Position numbers and translations under genes: made by a program. From the NCBI GenBank assembly GCA_013265495.1, contig MU057521.1:1004335-1068334 (forward strand): DNA of 64,000 bases. Reading direction: 5' to 3'. Positions 27,821 through 41,016 of the stretch are shown here, piece by piece. The DNA is from Vicugna vicugna. Lineage: Eukaryota. Each line of letters opens with the position of its first letter. Positions within the stretch are counted from its first letter, which is position 1. Below the pieces are notes generated by a model. That model was not told where the DNA came from. It saw only the letters and a list, made by a program, of their open reading frames with translations, and ran no database searches.

Positions 27821-30263
27821 CCATCTTTGTACTATAGTCATCTTCCCCCACTACCCCAAATTGTCTTTAAGTTGTCATGAAATACTTTGTGGAATCCAAC
27901 ACAGTTTGGGGAGGAAAATATCGGATGAACTTCCACGCCTTTTTGCAGAACATCATTAATAACAACTTCAATGTGCTTGGGCAAGATGCTATTAATTACA
28001 AACCAATATCACCATGTAAACAACGGTGGTTCTTAATTTTGAAGCTAAAATTAAATTTTTAAAAATACCATACTCTGACACAATTATTTACCCCCTCATT
28101 CTCTTTACTCACTCTCCCTCCCTCAAACTGTTGGGTGTCTCTAACTTCTCTTATTTTCACTGTGATCAGCTGGGGCAAAACAAAGTGCATCTAGCTGTTA
28201 AGTACTATAGATTAAATCGAACGACACCAGTCACCTAGCACTTAAGAGTCTCATAAAAGGAAAAAATTTGTTTCCTTATAAGTCAGAATCTCAAAGGAGA
28301 AGTTCAAATGAGGGACGCGAACTCCAGAACCCAGCAGAGAGTCAGCCTGTTCTGAACTGCTTTCTACCTTGATGAGGGGAGAATTCCAGATTGCAAGCAA
28401 ACAGCCCACGTCTAGGGTCTTAGGCTAAGTCAAGTCCCACTCACCTTTAACAGAATTAATGGCGATGTCCTTCACAGTAAGTCAAGAACAAGAAATAAAA
28501 CAAAAGCTGAGGCAATCAGAAGAATGAGGCTGAATCACGCTGAGACTTCAAAATTGATTATCATTGCCCTCCTAATTTACAAGGAATCCTAAATTGTCTG
28601 GACAGTGTCTTCTTCAATTTCCATTGCAGACTGGACTTGACCCCAAGAGCATGTTATTTTAAGGAGCACATTGAAGAGAGAGTTTGGCATCTGCAGGGAC
28701 AGATTTCACAAATAAGGTATAGTAAGTTTGGAGTGAAATCTGACATTCTTTTTAACATCTTAGTAAAGACATTTTTCCTTGTAAATCAATGAACTTCTGA
28801 TACAGCACGACTGCCATGAGATACAATTCTCAAATAGCTCTCTTATTATTTTGATATAAACTCAAGGTTTACAAATAATTTTTGATAGCTCTGACTCCCC
28901 TGTTGGGAAAAAAAGTAAACTACTGACTTTGCCAAGAAACACTAACTCTTTGAACTAATATTGAGCACTTTGTATATAGAAATAAAGGCAATTTAGTTAA
29001 GTGAATTCTGTTTGCCTCAAAGATTCCCCTTCCATGGACAGGCTGTTTACCTTTTCCTTAGGTGAAGTAAGAGACTGGGAAGAAATCTGGCTTACCAGGA
29101 ACATAAATGAATATGATTTCTCAGTGTACATCATGATGACATGGGAATCTGATGGGAAGGGTGATATAAATGTCTGGCAATTGCCCTCAGGTGCTCTGTG
29201 CATGAGATTTATAGAACTGGCAACCAGCAAGCTAATTACTGTTTCTGGCAATTTGCTACAGGTCCTAACATCCCCAGATAAACAGTTAACACTTCTCAAG
29301 AAGAAACAGAACAGGATTATCATCTGAGGCCTCAGCTAAAGACTTAAAAAAAAATCTGTGGCTTATCTAAGGGCCAGATGAGTTGCCATCAATCCTCCAT
29401 GTTAGTGATGAAGATTTGGGAAAAGAAGACACTGGCCAATGGCAGCCCAGCTCCAGTTAGCTCCACTCAGTAGTGTGGAACCAGACCTGTCCCTCCCCAG
29501 CCCCGACTTGGAATTAACAGCTTCATCAGGAAATCCCTCCCACATCTCTGGGAGGAAAGCCCCAGGCACTGTGTACACAAGCGCCTGCAGCCCAGCCCAC
29601 ACTACCGTCAAGTGTATGCCTCGAGCATGGTCCAGAAGCATCCCAGCTGCAAACAAAAGACAAGGCACCTCGTCTGCCGGTGTCCTGTGGTTCCACGAAG
29701 AAAAAAAAGTCAAGCAAAGCCTAAGCTCATACATAAATATACTCAGACATCAGCACAAGGAACCCAAAGCAGATCTGGGTTTACACGTTTTCAAATTAGC
29801 CATTAAACAGCCCAGAGTGAAATCTTACAACCATCAGCAACCCAGTCTGAACTGAAACCCAGCTCTCTAAGTTACTCCTGAAAAGTAAACGGATTCCAGC
29901 ATTCCTTCAACAAGTATTTATTGAGTGTCTACTGTGTGCCAAGCTCTGTGTGACAGCCCTGCCAGGCACAGCAAATACCACTGTCTAAGAGGAACTTTGT
30001 ACAGATTCCATTGACTTTATATTTTACATTGTCATCTAGTTTTCATGCCTTTATAAAGAGCTCTCTTCTTTAAATAATACTAATAAAGATCCAAGAACAT
30101 TCATAAGTAAAGTGACTGATGAAGCCATGCTGCCTTCTCCAGTCTTATCCTGCCCCGTTCTCTCCTGCTTCTTCTTACGGTGGCTGTATCTCTAACCATG
30201 TGAAATGTCCAGTCTGCTTCAGGATGCAAACAACAATCACAGAACAAGGACAGGACCCCTAAG

Positions 30264-30377
30264 TAGGGTGACCAATTGGTCCCCGGTTTCCTGGGACTGT
30301 TCTGGTTTTAAACTGGAAAGTCCTTCAACCCAAGGATCCTCTTCATCCTGGATAAGGGAAGTCAGTGAGTCACCCTG
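30264..30377. mobile_element. MER81-like hAT-Blackjack MITE
   Basis: Termini tagggtgacc / agtcaccctg, internal ccggtttcctgggactg, ~114 bp. Confidence 0.75.
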
Positions 30378-30829
30378 CCCCCAAGAAACCGACCCTAGGA
30401 AAGGAGGAGCCTTTACAAGAGGGCCTTCACTTGCCTGAAAGGAGTGAGGCCACAGGAGAAAAGCAGATGGTGCACAGTAAGGAAGGCCTGGGCTGCCTGG
30501 GGGCTGTCTCAGAACCTCACAGCATCTTTCAGCTTCCTCTTGAGAAGGCCTATGCTTTTCAAGTTCACACCATTTAAGCAAAGCTTTACAAAGACTTTCC
30601 AATGACAAGACTCCAATGACATGACTTACAGAAGAAATCCTCGTGTAAATGCCTACAGCTGTAGTTATTTGGATGTGGTTATTTCCTTGGCTAGTTTAAC
30701 AGCTTCTTCTGTTTAGACCATAACTATTCATCCCAAGATTTCCAGAATCCAGCACCAATTCTGGTGGATGGTAAGCACTGAACAAAATGGACGTTAGTAA
30801 GAACTGCCATCATGCAGTCATAGAACACG

Positions 30830-31010
30830 CCAGGCCCTTCATATAAACGATCTCACTTCCTCTCACAATAACTCAGTGAGGTTGACTGACCTCCATTCTC
30901 CAGATGAAGAAACCAAAGCTCAATCAGACCTTATTTACTCAAGGTCATTATGGCAGAGCTCACACTTGAACCCAATCCATCTTGCTTCAAAATTTCCATG
31001 GTTTTATCCA
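30830..31010 (-). mobile_element. MIR SINE
   Basis: ctccattctccagatgaagaaaccaaagctc...aaggtca...ggcagagct...ttgaaccca. Confidence 0.65.
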
Positions 31011-34000
31011 CTCAACTGAATTAGGATCAAGTAAGGTAGGCATATACAGAAAGGAATCAAGAACTGAGAAGAGGCTCAGATACATTTCTTTTATTCTCTC
31101 CACTTTTAGCTGTGTCATTGCCAAAAGGGGGGGGCAGAAAACCAAATTATGAGTTAAGTTCATACATTAAGCTAAAGCAAGGCAGGGATTTTAGTTAGAA
31201 CTGGGCAGGATTGTGCCTGGCAAACAGTAGGCACTCAATATTTGAATAAACTTAATAAACACAATTGTATACCTAATATGAGGTTTAAGTTATTGAAGCT
31301 CAGTGTTTCAAATGCTATTTCACCCACCACCATAAGTGAATAGATGGATTCCTACCTTAAGTTTCTGAAGAGCTAGTGTGATGGAGCAGGAGTCGATGGA
31401 CAGGTACTTACTCCAGTTAAGGATGGCTCTCTACCAGCAGGGGTGAACTAGCTCTTACTCACTTAAAATGACAGTAATCCATATGCCTTGTGCAACAATG
31501 GGGCAAAATCACTAAATAAAGTACAGAGATCTATCCGTGTGCTCTCCAACCACTCTTAAGCTCATTTAACCTGCAAGGAAGCAATTTGCAAACCTACCCC
31601 AGAGCAATACAACTGCAAAAGACTATCACACCAAATACTTTGTTTTTGAGACATTTATCTCAGTTCCATTCATTATCCGTCAAACTGAGAACATTATTTT
31701 AATGTTAATGTATTCCTGGCCATTTTCTCCAAGCAGCTGAACACATTTCTTCTTTCATAACAACACTATCCATAATGATCAAGCATTCCGAGTATTGAAG
31801 ACTTTCTGTCATGTGAATGAGTATTCCAAAATCAAAAGAGGTAAGGTAAAGCAGATGTCTCTCCCAAAGGCATTTACGGCCACAAGTTAATTAGGAAGGG
31901 AGATGTAGCAGCCGGTGTGGGCAACTGTGACCCACTAGTGTCAAATCCAAACAGCACAGTCTGCTCCTTGAGATGGTAGGCTGGCCTGGTGGGGTGTAGA
32001 GTTCTAATGCTGCTTGCTGTATGTCGCCAAGAAGAGGGTTTTTTTGGTTTGCTTTGTTGTTGTTTTGGAAGAAGCAGGCCAATTCAAGCTGAACAGACCA
32101 CCAAAGATAATTCATTTTGTTAGAATGATGACCCTCTATGAGAATATTTACCTCCCAACCATTGGTATGCACACTGCAGCCTGGGAACGCTAATCTGATT
32201 CAACATTTACTCATTATAAATGCACGTAGGGGAAGCTCTTAAAAAAACATGTTTCTTTCTTCTTAACTTCCTTTAAGTCTACAGGCCAGAAGCCCTCTAT
32301 AATTTCTTTATCACACTAGGTCAAAATCATTTCTGTGTTAGCAATGATTGAGTATTTATTTAGCCCTTACTTTGTACAAATATGGTGGGGAATACAAAAT
32401 AGAGTCAAACTTCATCCAGTCTTCATCTTTAAGGAACCTGCAAAAGAACTGAGATCCTGCTGGTTTCAGTCTCTACATCTGCTGCCCGCAAGCCCCCTTG
32501 GAAAGAACTGTATCCCCCACCCTCTCCCCCGAATCAGCAGTTACTAGAAGAGTCCCATTTACTGGGACTCTTGTGATATGTAGCTTGATGACAAAAGACA
32601 TCCCAGGACATCTTTGAATACACTTCCCTTTAACATGAACTGGCTTGAGTGAGTTTCTTTCCTTTGCCTTTAAACAGAAAGAAAAAGACACTTCAATTTT
32701 AGGTGATAATACAGGACAATCTATAATAAGTGCCCTTTGTAGAACAAATGAACAAATGTTGAGTAAAATGAGAGACAAAGGTGATTTTGCCAGAGATCTT
32801 TGACAGAGTCAAGGATTACGACAAGTTAACGCGATAGAGTTAAATTTTTTAGGAGAGTTAAGAGCTGAGTCACACCTTTAATGATGGGGTATCATGAAGG
32901 AGAGGACACTGTAGACCACAGAAGATTCCAGAATTAAGAAAGAGGTTATGCAAAGCATTTTGAGGGACAAGTGGGCAAACCACCCCAGCTAATGTGGCAC
33001 ATTATAAGGCCAGGCAGAGCAAAAGTCGAAGTTGGACAGGAAGTTGGAAATAGGAAAGCCAGGAGTGAAAAAAACAAGGTTCTCAGCTAGGATGTGGCAG
33101 TGGGGATGGAAATTAAGGAAGGTGTGGGAACTGTCACTAAGGATGTGTCACTGTGACTAAGGATGGTCAATCTGTTAAAAAGCAGAAAACCAAAATTAAT
33201 AATGCTCCCTATTTCCACAGTATCTGCCAAAGCTTTTACCAAAATCTCATCCATTCTTGTAGCACTTCAGTAAGTAGTGCATTAAGGGTGACTATTTGGA
33301 TTTATAAATGGAAAGTGAGGTAGACATGTTACACTTCCTTGATAGGCAGGAACAAGATGGGGGTGGGGGAAGAAGAAAGAGAAAACACAAGCATAGAGCA
33401 CAGCGTCTGTAGATTCCATTTCATCCTGACTTCGTCCCCACCAGCAGCACATCTGCATTTGATCAATCCCTTCCTCGCACGAAGGCTGATCCCCCAGGAA
33501 GACTGTGTAATGTTAGAATAACCTTTGCCATGCTGGACATTTGCAATGAGTTTTTTCCAGGCAGGAAGTCATAAATCAAGTGGTAAACAAGGCATCCTTT
33601 CCTACTCATCCCTTGCACTCCCAGCAGGTCATAGGTGGCTCCCCCACAACTCCACAGAGAATGTGTCCCAGGCCTCAGCAGCCACCTCGGGTCTCGGCCA
33701 GGAAATCCCAGGCCTCAAAAACTACCCAAAGGAAATACAAGTTGCAAACGCACAGCTTGAGGCCTCCCTCCTTAAATCTTACCATGACAATACATGTCAC
33801 CTAGGGATAGAAAATCCTTTAACATAAAACAAGTACTTATTTTGTCCTGGACTACACAGTGTAGCTCCCAGAGCCGTGCGGGAAGGAGCACGAAGACCAC
33901 TGTCTTCCTCCCTGCCGTCTTCCACCACATGGAGACAGACGTTCGCCAGGAACCAAGCAACCCTCCACATGTGTCTTCTCTCTACCTGGACAGACGACTG

Positions 34001-35300
34001 CATGATGAAAATAAAACATTAGGGACTCAGAGGCCAAACAAAATATGGGCATGTATTTTGGAGCTTCCCAAAGATCTTCCAAGACCAGTCCCTCAGGGTT
34101 GAATTTTCCCCCTCGTTCAGTCTGCACCTGGCCCTCAGCCTGACCCCAGGCACCCTGAGTTGGCTCCTGGAGGTCTTGGATGGGCTATATCTGGGTCTCC
34201 CTGCCGGTTTCTCAGCTGCTCACCTCCACTGCAGAACCCCTTATGGGTGCAACACTTTATGACTCAAGGGAAGCTGGACTAGAGGGCAGCCCCTGCACCT
34301 TTCGGCCAACACGGATGTCCTCCAGTGACTGTGACTCTGGAGCTGTCAGTCAGTTACCATGTCCCTTGTCTATGGAAAGCCGTCTTTGTAAAAATGACTT
34401 CCAAGAGGTGACTATTGAGCCAGAGCAATATTATTTTGTTAAATTCCATGCTCATGCTCAAGGTGCTTATCAAATGCTAAACACTCTAATCCATGTATGC
34501 ATTTATCACAACAAAGATATCTGCGCGACCAGCACTTTCCGCAGCAAAGTCTCTCAACCAGCCGCCAGCTGCTGAATCCACAGCCCCTCGCTGTTCCCAC
34601 TTCACAGCACTCAGTCTTTTCCAGGGAGAGTGTGGCAAGGAAGGCTTCAAAACTTACCACCCTCATGGTCAATGTGGCTGCTGATGGAAGTTCAAATGTC
34701 CCAGAACCTTCAGGTGTTCAATTTGCGCTGGAACAAGAGAATGCCTCTCTTTCAAATTGCTTTTTCTAAATATCAAAGCAATAAGAGGGAGATCCAAGGC
34801 TACCCCAGACTCCCCTGCCTCCTCTAGGCCTGAGCCACTGCACAGTCTTTGCTGCAGGAGTCCTCCTCCTTCCTGGGTGATGCTAGGCCCACTGCTAATC
34901 TTTTTCTACCCTGGGCTGTACCAAACAAACTCAGGAAGCCTGTCAAGAGGCAGATGGCGAGGGAGAGGAAGTCTGTCAGCAACACCTCTCATTACATAAC
35001 ACGAAGCACAGAACCTCCTAGAACCAGTCTTAGAAATATCCCCTGGCCTATCACTTCACAATAAACAACTACTCAAAACAGGTTAAAAGAGAGAGAAACC
35101 ACAATTTTTTATTTGATGATCGGTTTACACTCAAATTAGCAAATATTACACCAACATATTAGTAAAGAACAGGTTGGGGTAAGACCAGATTCTTGAAGAT
35201 ACATATCATTTCTTCATTCAATCCACACTCGGATAACACTCAGTGCCTATGAAGCATTAAGTAGGAACACACTTTATAAACTCATCTTGGCCCCATCACT

Positions 35301-35669
35301 TGTGGAAGTCATTAGTGCTGCTCATCTATATCCAGGTTTCCCCTTTTCAGCACAAGAAATACTGGATTGTGGCTAAATGGGGTCACAGGACTAGTCTGGC
35401 CGAAACAACGTAAGTCACTTCTGGGTCAGATTGTGTCATTGTTAGAGCAAGATCCTCTACGCTTCCTTTCCCGTGCTGCGGTGACCTCACGAGCACACGT
35501 CAGGATCACGCCTTCTACTCATTTGGGTCCTTGAGTGACTACGATAAGCAGGGCCCACCTGCTGACGGTGTTGGACACACAGCATGGGAAAGAAAGAAAT
35601 TGTTTTTGGCCACTGAGATCTGAAGGTTATGTGTTACCGCAGTATAACCTCACCTATCTTGCTGATACA
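35301..35669 (+). mobile_element. MaLR solo LTR (MLT1I/J-like) with intact 5-bp TSD
   Basis: TG...CA ends (tgtggaagtcattagtgctg ... cctatcttgctgataca) flanked by tcact at 35296-35300 and 35670-35674. Confidence 0.85.
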
Positions 35670-38079
35670 TCACTGCTTGAAGAAGAGAGAAACCTATCAA
35701 CGTCCCCCTCCCATCTGTTTTCTAAAGCAGATGATACAAAAAAGCAGAATTTATTTCAAAATTCAAATGCAGCAGGGCCTGAATAAGACCTTGAAATGCA
35801 GAAGGTGCTGACAGGACAGACAGGTCCAGACAACTCTGAGACAGTAAGGAATGAAAACAGAATGACCTCTCAACAATGGTGAAATCTAACCACTCGTGTG
35901 GAATTCAGCTGAGGAGTTTAAAGACTATGAAGAAAAGGTCACCTTCTGACAACAGGTCCAGCCATTTGTGAAGTAGTGAGCGCCCCAATGAAAGAGGCAT
36001 TCAAGTAGAGGCTGAATGATCGTAAGCTTCCACCTCAGAAGTCCAACACCCTTCTTTGTTCCTCTCTCTCCAGCTTCCACTGAACTTAATTAGAATAAGG
36101 TCTTCCCTTCTCCATCACCCCGAAAGCTCCCTGAAGGCGGCTCATTTTTGTTTCTCTGCACCCACCCCAGCCCACCCCTTGGCAGCTGTCACAGAGCCCA
36201 TTCTCCATCAGGTGCTCGATAAACATCTGCCAAAGGAATTAAACGAACACTGTAGGAAAGACTCAGCTCTGGAGGTAAAAGTTGGTCGCATAACCTCTAG
36301 GGCTCCTCCAACCTAAAACTAAAACGCACTACTGCCGACATCTGGCAGTGGGGAGCCTCCACCTAAAAAAAAAACAAATTAAACATCAATATAACCCTTT
36401 ATCATGACTGATCACTAGACTCAGTGTCAAACCACGATGAAAGCTGGCCCCGCACTATGGCTATCTTTGTTCTTGGACATGCACTTACATGTGCAGGCAG
36501 CTGTTTTCCATGTGGAATTGTGTGTGTGAGGTATTTATTTTTTTCTATTTAAAAAAAAAACAAAACCACACCCTCTGTTTCTATTGCATTATTATACTCC
36601 CTATTATCCAATCACATGGTTTCTCCTCTTGCAGGAACACAACACACACCCCTCATTACTGCTGACATAAAAACCACTTGTCAGAAGACCTCTACCCTAG
36701 CCCCACTACAGATCTGCACTTTCCAAAGCACTGGTCTTTGTTTCAGCTGGGACTAGTTGATAACTCATCTACTTTTCCTGGTGATACTTGAATGCTTTGA
36801 GAACAAGAATAAGTGCCAGCCTTGCTGATGTTTTTTAAAGTTACCTTTCCAAACAAAACTACCCTAGATGGGAATGATCAATCCTTCAAGTTTTTACATT
36901 TTACTTTTTAAGGGATTTGGGGGCGGGGGATGGGGAACGGTGGCGAGAGGCTCTGCCACGGATACGGCGCTGTTGCTGCAGAGCAAGAAACAGCACCAGC
37001 AGCCTCTGGTCCTCAGCAATCCCTTTTTCCCACAAAATAAACCTGGAGTCCCTTCCATACACAGTCTTAGTCCCTGATGCTCGTGGAGGATGCCAGGACG
37101 CTGCCCTCTAGGAGACAGCACCAACACCAAGGTGTCCTGATGTGTCTGAAGGTTATGTTTCCACTGAAATTTATCAAGATAACCCCAAATCTGGGTAGGC
37201 TGACATGAAAACAGAACTATCCTTGGAAAGAAAAGAACAGGCCAGAGGTTGTGGAAAAGAACCAACAACCTAAAGATAAAATGCAGACTGAGAGCCTAAT
37301 GGTTCATGGCTATATAAATGGAAACTTAACTAAAGCTCCATTTTCTGATCTCTTTCTGCTCCCCCAATAGCCCTCCCTTCCACCTCCCAGTAACTTACTG
37401 CTGGCCTGTCCCTCTTAATATTGCAAACGCTATTACATTGAAGAGATGGGAGAGAGACATTATTTCATAAGAAGGTTACCACATTTGACCAATGCCCTAA
37501 TTCAGCACTGATCACATTTCTAATCATCCTTACAATGATACCTTTACAACAAAGGATATCCCACTTACAGACTGAAGCCGAAATATATGACTACAGATAA
37601 GAAAGCAGACATATCTAAACCCCACATTCAGATACAACTGCCCATATGTTGATTGAATCAAAATTCTCATCAAAGGGAGCTGGGTGGAATGTATACAACT
37701 CCAAATGCAGCCTGCCCTCAATGACTTCCTCAAAAGGAAGGTTTAAAGTCATTTGCAATTTCTTTCTCCGGACCAGGAGTTTCAGCAGTCCCCACTCTTC
37801 CTTCATGTAGATAGGAATGGATAGTGTCATGCAGAAACCACCCAAACAGCCCCCGTGCAAACACTGTTGGCCCAAATGACCCAGAGACTCCCAGGCGGCT
37901 ACCCAGATTATTGGGGGTTACCTGAATCTGTCACCGAGTCCCTTTCACCCCCTTCTGCGTGATGACATCAAGTGGAAATGGTACGGGTTTGGGAGGCAAG
38001 AGGCTGACAAGCAGGAAGCACAATTGAGCCTGAGCTTTGTTCAGCCTGCAGTGAAATAACATGCAGTAAGGGTTAGATA

Positions 38080-39990
38080 CGCGCAGCAAAGAAATCCAAG
38101 CATCCTCCCCGGGCAGAGGAGCGACGGTGCACTAGGAGAGGTGGAGGACCGCCGAGGTGTGGCGGGCTGGCGGGCCGCGGAGGGGGCGTAACGCTTCCTA
38201 ATTGTCTCTATAGGATAAATAACCACCTACCTCCCCCCACTCCCCTGCAGTCTCCCCTGCCCCCAAGTTACCCTCTGGTGCTATACCTCTACTAGCAACG
38301 GTAATCCCTCAGAAAGAAAGAAAGACGAGAAGGCAGTGAATGACATCGAGGGGCACAAGCAAAATAAACTAGGTAAACCCGGTTATGTGGGAATGCGGGG
38401 GCCCAGTCACCCGCCCAGACAGACACGCCAGCGCTGCGTTGGCGAGCATCCTTTCCTTCGCTCTGTCCGCCACCTTATCAAGTCATTGTCACTATGTTTT
38501 GCCTATTTCTCTACTCTTTCCAAAGCCGTGCGGTGCTCCCCGCCCCCACCTTAGGCGGGACTGGGGACCGCCGCCTCCCGAGCAGCGTCCCACGAGTCCA
38601 GACTGCTTTGTCCTGCCGCTGCCCTTCCAGGAGCAGGCGCCCCAGGCGCGTGGGTCCTCACAAAATCTCCCCAACATCTGGCCGGCCACTGCGCCCTCTC
38701 CTCCCCCAAGGGGCCCCGGGGTCGCAGAGACAACTTCTGGGGATAGGGAAGGAGCTCGACCCTGGCCTTGCGAGGGGCCTGTCCGGGGGGGAGTGTGGGG
38801 TAGGGGTGCAGCTGGGGCGCGCGCGCACGCACGTGCACTCCAGGGGCGCGCGCGCGGCGCGGGCACGCGACCAGCTCCCTCGGGCCACAGCTCCAGGGGG
38901 CATCCGAGGACTCGGCTGAGCTGCCGACAGCGCCTCTCCCCGCCCCAGCCGCCAGCCCAACTCCACCAGCGCTCGGGAGAAACGTAACTCCAGGGACCAC
39001 CTTCCCCGCGCCCCAGGGCCGCCCCGCCTCGTCCCGCGCTCCCCTCTCCGGGATCCCTGAGCCCCGCCACTATCCTCCACGGTCCAAAAGGTAACCCCCA
39101 CTACACCAGGCGGTACCTCCCCTTTTTCGCTTCCCTAGCTCCAGGTGCTGCCGCCCTGGAAGCGCAGACATCCCTTCCCGCCCCTCTCGCCACCCCTGAC
39201 CCAGGAGGGACAGAGCAGAGAAACAAACCGAAACTCACCGACCTCTCTCCGCAGCGGGCGCGGGCGCACGCTACAGAGGCGGTGACCGCAGCGGCGGCGG
39301 CAGCATCGCTGGGTGGTCCCGACGCGCCTGCCACCCGCTCAGCCAGACGCTCGTCGCGGGCTGCGAGGCGGGCGCAGAGAGCGCGGCGGCTGTGCCTGCA
39401 GCCCCAGCTCCCGGCTCGGCCTCTCGGGAGGCGCCCCACCTGCCCCGCCGCCCTCCGCGCTCCCGGTCGGACACCGCCGCCAGGCGCTCGGCTCCGAGCG
39501 GGAGCTTTTTGTGTCACCGCCCAGACTCAGGCACCGAAAGGGGTGGGGGCGGGAGGCCGGGCTCCGCTCCCCGCGGCACCGCCCCTCCTCGGCGGCTCCA
39601 CCTCCTCCACCACAACCCGCCCCCCTTTTCACCCACGCTTGTCGGGGACGTCAGTCTGTCTGTCCGGAATCGCAGACCACCCCCGGCCTGAGAAGCTGCC
39701 CACCCTCCCTCGCGCTCTGCCTCGGCCTTGTCCCCATGTGCCCACCCTCGGTCAGGACCTCGACGTTGTCCACGGCGTGAGAGCTGGAATTAGGTGTGAA
39801 AAGAGACAGAGCTCAGCGGGCAGGAGGGCAGGGCTGAGACGCGAACAGAGGCTGGCGGGGACCAGTCTGCCGCTGGGACTTGGGGACCGAGCGAGGAGGG
39901 AGTTGAGATCGTCACGTTTCCAGAAAACTGCCCTGTATCCGCGTCACTGCTGCTACTTTCTGGCTGCCCCTAAGAGTTCACGTGGTCCAG
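38080..39990. promoter_or_regulatory. CpG island promoter of a minus-strand gene
   Basis: Abrupt, very high GC and CpG density against a CpG-depleted background. GC boxes (GGGGCGGG ~39546, CCGCCCC ~39579 and ~39617) and a CRE-like GACGTCA ~39647 lie upstream of a strong minus-strand splice donor. Confidence 0.93.
39239..39480 (-). other. Putative non-coding first exon (5'UTR) of an unidentified gene; 5' end approximate
   Basis: Minus strand reads ...GGAGAGAGGTCG|GTGAGTTTCGG (actcac at 39233-39238), a consensus donor inside the CpG island. The only nearby ATG opens an 11-codon uORF. The TSS is inferred from the GC boxes just upstream. Confidence 0.75.
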
Positions 39991-40861
39991 GCAGGGCGGA
40001 GTCCTGCTTTAGTGGAGGGGAGGACGCATCCAAAGAAACCTGAATGGATACCTGGCTCCCTAGGGTGGGGTGCAGGGAGTAGGGACGCCTGGTGGGGAGG
40101 GTGTCAGCCCTAAGGGTCCTATAGCAGTGAGAACCACCGGAACCTCGGGGCCCACTCTGTTCTCTTCCTTGAAACCTAATTCCTACCTTCCAGACATTTT
40201 CAGGATGTCCAGTTCCTCCAAGAAGATCTAGACCTGCCTCTCGTGTTAACTGCATAAGAGGAGAATGAAGGAGAGGTCGCTGGCAGAGGATGGTTTCTGT
40301 ACTCTGTTGCCTTTTTAAAAGATTTCTGTGCAGAATGAACACCCGAAGGTCTACTCTATTAATCTGGTAAAGTTAAGCCTGACAACCTAACAAGCCAGGA
40401 GATCTCCAGCACCAGGGTTCAACCGAATGGTCCCTAGTTATCCAGCAGGGCGGGCAGTCTTTCCTGGCTGCTGGAACAGAACTGTCTTTATGTCCTACTG
40501 TTCAAGGAAAGATCTCCCATTCTAACCTCTCCCGATAGCTCACTGAAGCGATTCTGCAGAGATAATGAGGCCCTATGAACCAACAGGGGTTCAATGTGAC
40601 CTACGAAAATTCACAATGTACTTAACTGACCCTATTTGTCTTGTCCAGCAAATAAAACCTGTTAATAGTGCTTCCAAATGTGTTGTTACTCAGCACCTCC
40701 AGAAATCGGTCACCTAGAAACATATATATAGCTTGATGGATGGCAGTCCTCTCCAGGACCCCAATGAAAGTCTGATGCATGACCTTTTGTTCCCTGAAGT
40801 TACATTCTCATTGTACACCTGCAGGAGTGGAAGTTATCTTTCTGTTTTAAAAGCAGATGTA

Positions 40862-41016
40862 GGGGGAGGGTATAGGTCAGTGGCAGAGTGCATGCTTAGC
40901 ATGCAAGAGGTCCTGGGTTCAATCCCCAGTACTTCCCTTAAATAAATAAACAACCTAATTACCCCCTCAAAAAATAAATGATTAAATAAATAAATAAATA
41001 AAAATAAATTTTTTTA
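40862..41016 (+). mobile_element. tRNA-Ala-derived SINE (camelid Vic-1 type)
   Basis: tRNA-Ala(AGC)-like head with A/B boxes, (TAAA)n tail, 13-bp TSD aaaagcagatgta (40849-40861 / 41017-41029) at a TTTT/AAAA site. Confidence 0.9.

Noticed and set aside
39239..39480. Assigning a gene symbol
   Set aside because: No coding exon is present and I do not recognise the 5'UTR; any name would be a guess.
38385..40043. Long overlapping ORFs (up to 253 aa) on both strands of the CpG island
   Set aside because: Low-complexity Pro/Arg/Gly/Ala translations caused by stop-codon scarcity in GC-rich DNA; no recognisable domain.
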